DNA of 64,000 nt, taken from assembly GCF_036321535.1 (NCBI RefSeq), contig NC_087444.1, forward strand, positions 74,276,001 through 74,340,000, given 5' to 3'. A model generated the notes under the pieces. It was not told the DNA's origin. It saw nothing but the letters and a program-made list of their open reading frames with translations, and did not search any database. The first letter of the stretch is position 1. Each line of letters opens with the position of its first letter. Origin of the DNA: Camelus dromedarius (taxonomy: Eukaryota). Made by a program: the position numbers and the translations under genes. Of this stretch, positions 23,001 to 55,334 are shown one piece after another.

Positions 23001-25231
23001 CCCCACCCCCAAAGACAGAATTCTAGTTAATGGCGAGGAATGAAGTGTTTGACCTCCTGAGTCTGGGCCATGGATTTGGGCCGTTGCATAGGAAGATTCG
23101 GATGTTTCCCGGGTGTGTGGCTGTGTGTGTGTGTGAGCCTGGGCCCAGTGTGTGCGTACCTGGCAGGCTGTTCACCTGCGAATCTGCCCCTTTCCTGCTG
23201 TTTATTTGTGTCACGCCCTCACTCTTCACCTGCCCCCTCCCCCTCCCCCCACACACCTGGTTTCCCAGCATGGCTAGGCATGACCCCACGTGTGTTAGTA
23301 TTTTCCATGTGGGACTCCTCGCTCTGTATCTTTCTTTCCCCACGAGTGAGTTGGATACTGGTTTGCACACATACCTAGCTTTGCATGGGCCCATGCATTT
23401 CAACCCAGGGGGATGGAAGGTGTTCAAGTCCGCACTTGTACCTGGTACTTTCCCCGAGTCCTGTACCCTCCCCGCCCCCCAACCCTGCTTTTTGGGTAAC
23501 AATCTGCCTCCTGCTCCCGCCTCGGTATGCACCATCCCATGAGGTTCAGGGCCTATGTGCTCCCACATGTCTGAAGAAGAGGGGGCGTCCCTCAAGGGTT
23601 GGCCCCAGGGCCTTGTGTCACCTGCTGGGTAGGAGCTGTGGAAGGAGGTTCACATTTTCAACTCAAGGCTCTTTCTCTGACTCTTGACCCTGTTTGTCTC
23701 CTTGTGCATGCCTGTGTTTGTAAACGTGAGGCTATCTGGGCTCTATTTCCTGGGGCTCGAGTGGAGACCATTTTTATGGCTCTTTAGGTGGGCACTCCGG
23801 TTCCCTTGTCTTCTTTCCTTTAGGGCCCAAAGTTCCTTAGGATAACCCCCAGTCCAGTCAGCTGGAAGATTCCCCCCAACTCCCCCGGGGATTTGCTAGT
23901 TCCCTTCTCTGAGGGCAGCTTCAGAGGATATCCTAACATCTCCCCCTTCCCNNNNNNNNNNNNNNNNNNNNNNNNNNNNNNNNNNNNNNNNNNNNNNNNN
24001 NNNNNNNNNNNNNNNNNNNNNNNNNNNNNNNNNNNNNNNNNNNNNNNNNNNNNNNNNNNNNNNNNNNNNNNNNNNNNNNNNNNNNNNNNNNCGGGCTGGC
24101 CCTCCCTCCGAAGCAGCTGATTGGCTGCTTAAAGTTCCATCCCTTCCTAGTTGGCTGTGCTCTGCGTCCTGGCCCGCCCCTTGCTACTTCTCCTCTGATT
24201 GGTTTTTCTGGGGCTGCTTAATTTCACGCTGGATTCGTCCGCCCCTGTTTCTGGCCCCGCCTCTTTCGCTCCAATTGGTCGCGTCCTCTCAGCCCTCAGA
24301 TCCCACCTTCTCTTCCAGGCTTTTCCGCCTCTCCAGCCCACCCCAATCCCTGCCCTTTGGGTTTGCCCATCCTCCTGGTTCCTTGGTTCTCTGAATTCTT
24401 TTCTTCCTGATTCCCTTTCTTCCTGATTGGCTCCGATTCTTCGACCCTCCCCCTTTCCCTTAGATTTGCACACTACCTTATTCTTCCGCTGTGGCCCTGC
24501 TTCTAACGCTTCCTATTGGCTCCCTTCCTTTGATCCTGCTGCCTTCCTTCCTAGATGGATCTACTACGAGACTGTGGTGTCCAATTTGATCCTTGATCCT
24601 CTAGGTTGGGTCCTTCCCTTTATTCCTCTCCATTTTTTTTTTAATCTGCATTCTCTCTCTTTGACTCACCCCCTTTTGACTTGTTTTCTGGTTCTCCCAG
24701 TGGCTCCAGTCACCCCAAGCCTTCCCCTTTCTGGAACTGCCTGAATCCTTTGACCTCTCATGGACCAAAAGGACTCTCTGCCATTTTGCTCCCACATTTT
24801 TTACTGCTGGATTTTTCTACTACTTTGTCTACCTTTCCCCTCCTGGACTCCTTACTCTTATGATTGTATCAAACCTCATCCTGCCTACTCTCTCCCTAAC
24901 TTATCTCTGCCCACTTTTTCCTCTCTGAACCTGACCCTTCCCTCCAACCTGTTTTCCTGACCCAGCGTGCCTTTGGCCTGCTCTTTTTCCCTTTTAACCC
25001 TGCCCTATCCCCCACCTAGCTGACTCTACCCCCCTNNNNNNNNNNNNNNNNNNNNNNNNNNNNNNNNNNNNNNNNNNNNNNNNNNNNNNNNNNNNNNNNN
25101 NNNNNNNNNNNNNNNNNNNNNNNNNNNNNNNNNNNNNNNNNNNNNNNNNNNNNNNNNNNNNNNNNNNNNNNNNNNNNNNNNNNNNNNNNNNNNNNNNNNN
25201 NNNNNNNNNNNNNNNNNNNNNNNNNNNNNNN
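21769..25231. other. Assembly gaps (N runs) 21769-21971, 22112-22458, 22485-22632, 23952-24091, 25036-25231; further gaps 41644-41776 and 46252-46399
   Basis: Counted from the sequence. ORF-track entries containing X are gap artefacts. Confidence 0.98.
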
Positions 25232-25232
25232 T

Positions 25233-46251
<21,019 letters not shown>

Positions 46252-46399
46252 NNNNNNNNNNNNNNNNNNNNNNNNNNNNNNNNNNNNNNNNNNNNNNNNN
46301 NNNNNNNNNNNNNNNNNNNNNNNNNNNNNNNNNNNNNNNNNNNNNNNNNNNNNNNNNNNNNNNNNNNNNNNNNNNNNNNNNNNNNNNNNNNNNNNNNNN

Positions 46400-47230
46400 C
46401 TGGGGGTGGGGCCACCTCCTCCACGAACCGAGAATTGGGACAGAACTGTGCCCTCAGGAGCTAACCCCTGGGCCCTGGTGCCGGGGAAGGTGGGGGGGGG
46501 TCATTGGTCAGGGTGTGTCCATGCTGCCCCAACAGGGCAGGGTTCAGAGTTCGACTCCCCCCTCTCCCAAGCTCTCTCCACTCCCTCCTCCCTCCTCCCA
46601 CTGTCCGGTGTACAGAGAAATTATTTATATATATGTATAAATGTCTATTTAGTAACGGTTTCCCTTCCCCCTTGCCCCAATCCCCCCTCCACGGCCATAG
46701 CCCCAGCCCCCTCCACCTTGTACATAATGTATAGGAAAAGTCTATGTATGGTTGAGGGGGGCCTGGCGGCTTCAGAGAGCTGGGGGACCCCCTCCCCCCC
46801 CAAGCCCCCCTTACAGGCCAAGATCTTTGCTAAAGGCCATTCCCTCCCCAGGGCATTTGGTGTCGGGTGGGAGGGGGAAAATGCATCTTGTTAATTATTT
46901 TTAATCTTATTTATTGTACATACCTGGGGCGGGGGGCTGGGGAGGTCAGGGGGGGAGGGTCCCCTCCCTTTGCTCCTCCCACTCCTTTTCTACTGCGATT
47001 TGTCTGTGTCTGCCCCCCCACCCTCCCCACCCCTACCCTCACCCCATTGTCATCTGGATGTGGTTCTATTTTTTATCAGTCTCTTCTCTCCCCTCCTAAC
47101 CCCTCTGCTCCCATCTCCCCCCTCCCCTTGTCTCTTGCTCTCTCTTGGGCTTCTGTACAACTCAACTTGTATACACTGTGTACACACAACCAGCCAAACG
47201 AAAACCCAATGGCAAACACTTTACTGGCTG
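46400..47230 (+). other. PRR12: PRR12 3'UTR (end approximate)
   Basis: Follows the gap that hides the stop codon. It has AU-rich blocks and UGUA motifs and ends before an MLT1 LTR at ~47345. Confidence 0.65.
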
Positions 47231-47344
47231 GCTGGAGTGCCTCTGTCTTGCGGCGTGCTGGGGGGCTCAGGGGATGGCATAGACAGAGGGTCTAGAACGA
47301 GAAGGTGGCTTTTCTGGAGCCCTGGGAGGTGGTTGGTCTGGGAT

Positions 47345-47995
47345 CATTGTATCTTTTAGGTCTTGCTGTGTAACGATTAGCCCACCCACCCCACAACTCA
47401 GTGACTTAAACATTTATCATCATAGGGTTTCTGACCATCCAGGAGTTTGGGAGCAGGTTAGTGGGATGGTATAGGCTGAAGGCTCTCTTGTGAGGGTGCA
47501 GTCGCCATGAGTTTGACCGGAGTTACAGAAGCTACTTCTAAGGTGGCTCACTTGTGTGGCTGTTGGCTGGAACCTCTGTTCCTTGCCATGTGGACTTTGC
47601 CGTAGGGTGGCTTGAGTGTCTTCAAGACTTGGCAGCTGGCTTTCCCCAGAGTGAATGATTGAAAGGAGAGAGCAAAGAGGAAGCCACACGATCTTTGTGC
47701 CCTAAGCTCGGACACTGCGCTGTTGCTTCTGCCACATTGCTCATTAGACAAGGGTCTTTATGCCCAGCACACCCAGGGAGAGGGAGATCAAGCTCTACTC
47801 TATGAAGGGAAAAGTATAAAAATTTTTGGATTTTGTTTGGTTTTTGTTTTTGGTGGCAGGAGGTGATTAGGTTTACTTATTTATTTATTCTTAGAGGAAG
47901 TACTGGGTATTGAACCGAGGTCCTCGTGCATGCTAAGCATGTGCTCTACCACTGGGCTGTACCCCCACCCCTGGATGTATTTTTTAAACGAGGGC
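47345..47995. mobile_element. MLT1-type MaLR solo LTR
   Basis: TGCTGTGTAAC...CACAACTCAGTGACTTAAAC...AAGGTGGCTCAC...GGCTGTTGGCTGG...GGCAGCTGGCTT...CTTCTGCCACATT. Confidence 0.75.
47825..47971 (-). mobile_element. tRNA-derived SINE, Vic-1-like, inside an MLT1 LTR
   Basis: Reverse-oriented SINE body with T-rich tail. Confidence 0.88.
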
Positions 47996-50392
47996 AGGCA
48001 GTGACAGTTGTCAGAGTTGACCAGCTTTCTCTGGGCTCCCTGAAGTAAGCTTGAAGGTTGGTCTCTGTTCTTGAACCTGAAACCATGTATAAGGTCACAA
48101 GTGGACTGGCCTTTTAGACGTTGGCCTGCAGAGTTGAGGGTGGATTCCTGTATTCTCATACCTTCTTGGGGTCCCCCAAGAGCTTGTAGACTCTTTGGCT
48201 GTTTCTCAGATATGCTGAGTCAGAACCCACTTTTTAATATCCTGGGAGGATTCTAATACACGTTCAAGTTGGAGGAACAGTGTTCTAGAACAAGCGTGTT
48301 GAAAATTGGAGGTCAACTGGCAATCTACTAGAACCTAGCTTATAAGGTAGCGAGTAAGCCATTGTCATTCTAGAGGCTGGGTACATTCTCCAGAGTAGCC
48401 CACTGGTATTCTGGAACTCTGGAGTTGGCACTGAGGATGACTGGTCAGTGAATAAAGAATCAACATGATATTAAAGATGAACATTCTAGATTCTTATAGG
48501 CAAAACTGAAGAAGAACCCCCGTTCTAGAACCTCAGATATTGCCTAGACCATCACCAGTGTTATTGATTCTAGAGCCCTGGTTTTCTAGAACAAAGAACT
48601 GACAGTAGCATTTGAGGACCACAGTAGAGTAAATGATAGACCATTTGCTTTGTAGAATCATGGAGTTGAGGATGGGTCATTAGTGTCCTTGAACTGTGGC
48701 TTGTGGCACCTCAGTGCAGCCTGTGAGAGGGAATGGCACAGGCAAGGTTCTGGACAAGGATGTCAAATTGGGGCCAAAGTTTCCAGTATTGTCCCAGGTT
48801 AGAGCTCCAGGATTGAAAGTGAATGGAGTGTTCAGAAGGTGGCCCATGGGGGTAGTATCATCCCTCTGGGGACAGAATAACCTTGCAGCTGGCCTTTGGT
48901 ATTCAACTGCCCAATTGGAGTCCCAGCCCCAGCACTACCCAGATAGTGGATAGTTGGATAGTAGCCTCTGTCCTCAGCTTTGTCATCTGTACAATGGGCT
49001 TTTGTCAAGATGTAGGAGAATAATTTGAAGCACTCTTCAGCCCTTGGCACCTGTTACATAGCAGGAGACCCTGAGAGACCTGGTGGAGGGTCAAGAGATG
49101 GCAAGAAGGGACGAGAGACAGAGGACGACAAACACGGATAAAGAGAGGGACATTAAAACCCCGAGAGACTTAGAATTATTGACAAGGTTTGCCAAGCTCA
49201 GCGGAGGGCAGGAACCAGAGACTCACAGGCACACATACCTAGGCAGATGCCAACTAGGCCATCGCGGCCTCTTCACTGTTGTCTGATGAGCTTTGCAATG
49301 GTGGTGGCTGGGAACCTTCCAAAAATGGTCTACCAGTTGTCATGTGGGTTTGTCCGTGTGCCTTTTTTAGGGGCAGGCGGTAGCTTTGGTCACCTTCTAA
49401 GAGTGCATCTTGGTTTTCTGAGAAACGGGATTTTCCAGCCACAAACTTAGCCCCATCAAACGATGCAGGAAAGACTCAGACCTTCTGTTAGTGCATGTTG
49501 ACGGGGAGACCCCAGGGGGAACTTGGCCCAGGACCCCCCTGGTTCCTGTAGAGAGCTCACCCCTGGCTAGGGCTTCGGTGAGGGTGTCAGATCTTGTCTG
49601 GGAACTGACAGAAACATCCCCCTATCCCACCGGGGAGGGCCCCCTTGAGCAGAGGTTCTGCGGGGAGGGAGGGTGAACACTGCAGCACAATACATCTGAG
49701 CCATGCTTATTCCCAGAGCGGAAGGTTGAACCCAGGCCAAGGATTCTGTGATAATGAAACCCGGAAAGGGATATTTAGCTAATCATTGTTCTCATCTGGA
49801 ATACAGAGCGACATTCATGGTTCTGGGGCAGAACAGTAGGGCCTCGGTCATTGCTACTGAGCTCTTAGTATGTCCCAGGCACTGCTCTCATTCTCCATTG
49901 GCAGAATGACTCCTAAAGCCTGGTAATGGCCCGGAGGAGGCCAGAAATTATGGATTGGGGTATAGTGTATCCTGGGAGACCCAGAGGGGGAAACAGGTCG
50001 GTGAGGGCAGCTGGCCCTGGGAAGTAGCTCTGTGGTCACCCCCACTTTACAGATGAGAAGAGTAAGCATCACTTGCCTGAAGGCACTTGACTGGGAGTGG
50101 GTAGAACTGGGTTTGAACCCAGGCAGTCTGCTGCCAGAGGCCACCCAGGGCCATAATCTACTGTAGAACTGGGAAGAGGGTTCCAGGGTGGGTGTGAAGG
50201 GAGCATTTTGGGATGGGTTCCAGAGATTCGTTGAGACTTAGCAGATGTAGTGGTGGGGGGAGCAGATCATTGGCTGGTGACAGGTGTCAGGTGAAGGCCG
50301 AAGTTCCAGGGCATGGGGATATCTCAGTTGAGATTTCTGACCTGGTGTGTTGAGTAGGTGTTGGAGTTCAAAAATGGCCTGTCACAGGGTTT

Positions 50393-50484
50393 GGGAGGGT
50401 GTAGCTCAGTGGTAGAGCGTGTGCTTAGCATGCACGAGGTCTTGAGTTCAATACCCAGTACCTCCATCAAAAGAAGAAAAAAAA
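50393..50484 (+). mobile_element. tRNA-derived SINE, Vic-1-like
   Basis: GGGAGGGTGTAGCTCAGTGGTAGAGCGTGTGCTTAGCATGCACGAGGTCTTGAGTTCAATACCCAGTACCTCC plus A tail; GGCCTGT on both flanks. Confidence 0.9.
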
Positions 50485-51404
50485 GGCCTGTTGGCCTGGG
50501 ACATGGTGAGTGGTGGTTACCAGTTCTGGCCCCAGTCTTCCAGGTGAGCAAATAAAGTATGGAATTGAGGGTCCCGGGTTCCCAAACTGAAGTGTGTTGT
50601 CATCTTATCTGCAGTGGCCTTAAGGTGACCCACACTCAGCCCCTCCCAGGAGAGAGGTTTGCAGGGTGTATGTCCATACTGGCCTCAAATTGGATTCAGG
50701 GGTTAGAGGCCAGCCCAACAGGGAACTTTCAAGAACTGAGAACTTGCCAACCTGCTGCTTGTACACCATTTGGCCCATCTGTCCCTTCTGCAGCTAAAAG
50801 GCCTTTCTCAATATACATTAGAGGCAATAGGCAGGTGGACAGGATTTGTAGCAGTTGCTTCCTGCCTCCAGGATCCCAAAACCTCCTGGAATACCAATGT
50901 CTGACAGACCTTTCTGCAATGAGAGTGTGATCTGTTTGCCTGTGAGGGTATCCACTAAGCTACATAGGAGTATTGGAGCTCCTGAAATATGGCGAGAATG
51001 ACTGAGGAACTGAGCTTTAAATTTTTATTTAAATTAAATCTAGCCACATATAGCTTCTGGCTACCGTACTGAACGGTGCAGTTGTAGAACTTTCCAGAAA
51101 AAAAAATTTTTTTTCCAGATGTTAATCCTCATCCCAACAAAATGCCCACAGAAACCGAACAGGGTAGACTCGCCCTGTTGAAAGGGAAGTGGGGGTCCAG
51201 ATGCCTGGCTAGGGTTGTTCTGTATGTCCCCTGGCCCTTCCTCAAGCAGAGGGTTCTAGATCCGATGCTTCTAGGTGGAGCAAGACTTTAGCATGCGCGT
51301 GCGTGTGTGTGCGCGCGCCTGTGCGCACATGCCCTGAGATCACCCACCTCCCCTGCCTGCCCTTTTCCCTTTTTAAAAAGCACCTCCTGACGTTGGCAGT
51401 GACC

Positions 51405-51410
51405 TTTATT
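51405..51410 (-). terminator. RRAS: RRAS polyadenylation signal AATAAA
   Basis: tttatt on + at 51405-51410, ~230 nt after the TAG. Confidence 0.85.
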
Positions 51411-51641
51411 TCTCTGGGGGAGGGGAGTTATATACAGCAGTGACCTGGATGCCCGGGAGTCCTTACCCAGGGGCTCGGGTTGGGGAAAGAGGCGTCGGCA
51501 GAAGGCACAGAGTGGTGATGGCCCGGAGGAGGCCAGGAATTACTGGTGGGGATGTAGTGTATCCTGGGAGACCCAGATGGGGAAACAAGCTCTGCGAGGG
51601 CAGCTGGTCCCGAGATCGTGCCGGTTGCTCCTCTCACGCCC

Positions 51642-54600
51642 CTACAGGAGGACGCAGGGGCAGCCCCCATCCTTCTTCCTGGGGGCGCTGGGGGGACTGG
51701 GCGGGAGCTCTTGTTCCTGGTACTTCCTGTGGGAAAAGGCTGGTGATTTGGGACCGCGGGGACAGGTGAGGTTGGGTGGGAAGCAGGTGAGGACGACAGG
51801 AAGGGGGCTCAGCTCACCGGACTGCCCGCACCAGCTGCTCGAAGGCCTCATCCACGTTGAGGCGCAGTTTGGCCGACGCCTCAAAGTAGGCCACATGGTG
51901 GGAGGCGCTGAAGGCGGAGGCTTCCGATCGGGGAACCTGGGGGAGGGACACAAGGAAGAGTCAGGTCCCTACACTCAGGACGGGTCCTGGAGAGGTGAGA
52001 GGAACACAGACATACTGTACTCTAACAGGGGTTACATACTGTGGGGGCTCAAGTGAAGAGGGAAATTCCAGGGAGATCATGGAGATGCCAAGGGGGCTGG
52101 CTGGATGCCATCTAAGTAAGGAGTCAGGGAAGGCTCCACAGACCTTGGCAAATAACTGAGTTGCCGGGCAGAGAAGTCAGGATGTTCCCAGCAGGGGCCC
52201 CAGTAAAGTTCCAAAGGCTGGAAATCCCCAAAGGCTTAATCTGAAAAATGAGTTCTATGTGGAAATCACATAGTCTGTGTGGACAGGGAAGTGGTGAGAG
52301 CAGATGAAGGAAGGGAGAAGAGCATGGTTGACATCAAGGGCCAGGTGGCAGAGCTGGGGTGCTGGGGAGCCATGGGAAGGCTGGGAGCTGGAGAGGGGCA
52401 ACAGGAGGCGGGGTTGACCAGAGGGGAGAAACAGGAAGCTGGGCGAGGGTCCAGGTGGCATCAAGAGGAGGGGACGGGACAGAAAGTTGGGGCTGGTTGA
52501 TCATGGGGGAGGTGCTGTTTTTTCCATCCAGCCACCCCTCCTGAGAACTCGCTGTGTGCAATGCTGGGGACTTGGGGGCAACACATCTAGTGGGGTGTAT
52601 GACAGTGGACCTCGGGAGCCTGACGTGCGGAGATGCAGGTGAGCACCAGAAGGAGCCTCCCAGACAGATGGGGTGGGGATGGGATTGGGGGGGTGGTCCC
52701 AGACCTGGCGTTGTGTCTCCAGATCTGCCTTGTTCCCGACTAACACGATGGGGAAGTCATCTCGGTCCTTGACTCTGAGGATCTGTGTGAAGAGCTTGCT
52801 CACCTCGTTGAAACTGCAGATGAAGCCAGAGGTGTGAGATCCAGCCAGCCGCTCAGACCCAGTCCCCTCTGCTTCCTTTGCTCCACTGCCTGCAACCACT
52901 CTCACCTCTGCCGGTCATTAATGGCAAACACCAGCAGGAAGCCATGGCCCGCGCGCATGTACTGCTCCCTCATGGCACCAAACTCCTCCTGGCCTGCGGT
53001 GTCCAGGACTGCAGGGTGGGGGAAGGGATGCCCATGGGGACAAGGCACCCACCAGCCACCCCCATGAGCCCTCAGCCTCGCCACCATCCTCCCCCACCAT
53101 CTCCCCTGCTGCCCTCACTGTCAAGCCGGGCCGGGACGCCATCCACTGTGCAGATCTTCGTGTAGGAGTCTTCAATAGTGGGATCGTAGTCAGACACGAA
53201 GTAGGACTGGTGAGATCGGGAGAGGACACCATCACTGCAGTGTCCCAGCAGAGATGATGGAGCCCCGCCTCTAGGCCCTGCCTTTCTCAGCCTCCCTCTT
53301 TCTGGGTCTTTTTCTCTCTTTGGATCTGTCTCTGTCTGGGTCTTTGTCCCTTCCTCCAACCCTCCCCAGTCTCCTCTCTCTGGGTGTCTCCTGGTCTTCT
53401 CTCTTTTTCTGGCATAAAGTACATTTCCCATATTGTGATTACATTCTGGCTGTGTGGCATTGAACAAATCACTTCCCCTCTCTGAACCTCGGTTTTCTCA
53501 TTTGGAAAATGATAAAAATAGCACTGTGGTGAATCCAGTGTTTGTGAGATTCAGGGAGAACCCCTATTAAGCAATTAACATATCACCTGGGCATAGTGGG
53601 TGCTCAGTTACTGGGAGCTGTTGTTGTCCTGTCTATAGCTCTCCCTCCTCCTTTTCCTCTTCCCTCTTTTTTTATTCTTCCCCCTTTTCTCCTCCTCCTC
53701 CCCCTCCTCCTCCTTCTCCTCTGGCAGCTTCCAGTGTCTCCTCCCAGGGGAAGGTCCTGGTTCCAATCCGGCTGCGGAGAAGCTGCCCCGCCTGCGGAGA
53801 AGCTGCCCCGCCTGCAGGCTGAGCCCCTCCCTTCCTGCCTGGGTCCTGCCCGCCTCCAGCCAGGCCTTGGGCCATCTCTGGGTCTGCCCCTGGGTGCAAG
53901 GGGCCCAGGATAGGGGCCTTTCTCTACACAGACAGGGCCTCCCATGCAGGTGCTGGCTGGGGTCTCTTGAGGGATCTGGAGCCCTGGGGGCCTCTGTGGC
54001 ATTTTAGGAGCAGATATCTTTCTAGGGTTTTTCTTAGGTGGGAGGGTTTCCCTTGGGAATGGGCTGGAAGTTTCCCGGGCAGGGGTGGATTTTCAGGAGA
54101 GAAGGGGTGATGTAGCAGCTGGGGGTCTGAAGGCTGCATCCTGCCTGTTGGGGTGGGGGCACTTGTCCTGGAGGGAGGGTGTAGGGACCTACCCCTGGGG
54201 GATTAGGGCTGTGTCTGCAGAGTACATCAGGAGCAGCTCGGGTGAGATCTGCAGGCTCGGGCTCACTTGGGAGGTTAGTCATAGAATATAGGTGCATGTC
54301 TAGAAAGTCTTAGAGACCCTAAGATGCATTTAAGAGATCAGAGAAACTCCCAAGGAACTTGTCTTTCTAGGGATGTCGAGAATCTGGGGACTTCTTCCAT
54401 GGAGATGATTTGGGGGCTAGCCAGAGTTTCTGAGGGGCTCAGGGGATTGGAGTGGAGGAAAACTCAAGGTGGAGAAGTGGTTGGTTTTCCCTGGAAGAGG
54501 GTGTGGGTGTGGGTCTGGCAGAGGGGGTATCCCCAGAACTTGGGGTCTTAAAGAGTTCTCTAGAATGGCCAAGGGGCAAGGTCTTTTTAAAATCTCTGGT

Positions 54601-55334
54601 CTGAGGGTGACTCTCTCAGGACTGGGTGGTCCCAGGTGGGCCTCAGGGGCAAAGTCTGGGCATAATTTCTAGTTTCTGGGGGAGGTCCCTGAAGGGGCTA
54701 AGCATCCAGACTGAGGGAATCTCCAGGGCATTGGGCACAGGTATTCTCCGGGTTAGGTTCTGGGTGGCTCAGAGGGGAAGCTGGGGCCTGGAATTTGGGG
54801 GAGATGGGCTCTTGGTGGGGGGAGGTGGCATCTAGAGGGGTGGGGGCCAATAAGAGTGCTTAGGGTCTGAATGGAGTGACTCGTCTGGATTTAGGATGCT
54901 CCCTGGAGGCACCCAGGGTCAGGTTAGCAGGAAAGTGGGGTTTGGGGTACTGGAGGTAGGGGTGGTGGGTCTCAGGATACAAGTACAGGAGGAATGCCCC
55001 TCATGTAGGGGGGTGGAGGCCCTAGGGGTTCAGAGTCCCAAATTAGGGGATTTTTTTTAAGATTACAAGGCCTCATAGGAAGGTCTTAGTGATAGATCGA
55101 GGGGTAATCTGAGTTTCAGGGATCCCCCAAAGGGCTCAGTTCTAGGTCCCGGGGGCACCCCCCCGGGTGAGGGCCCGCTACCTGGATGAACTGGATGGTC
55201 AGCGCGCTCTTGCCCACGCCGCCGCCGCCCACGACCACCAGCTTGTGTGTCTCGCTGGGTGGGGGGTCCCCGGGCCCCGGCCCCCCGCCCCGGGGCCGCC
55301 CCCGCCCCGTCCCGGACGCCGCCCCGCTGCTCAT
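51642..55334 (-). CDS. RRAS: Ras-related protein R-Ras, 218 aa
   Basis: Coding exons (minus): 55182-55334, 53119-53206, 52906-53008, 52705-52813, 51818-51936, 51642-51726 = 657 nt. P-loop GGGGVGKS, effector [23 protein letters not shown], Pro-rich PPSPPSAP, and C-terminal CPCVLL (CaaX plus upstream Cys). Confidence 0.99.
53772..53815. repeat. Perfect 20-bp tandem duplication in RRAS intron 1
   Basis: CTGCGGAGAAGCTGCCCCGC at 53772-53791 and 53792-53811, then CTGC. Confidence 0.97.
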
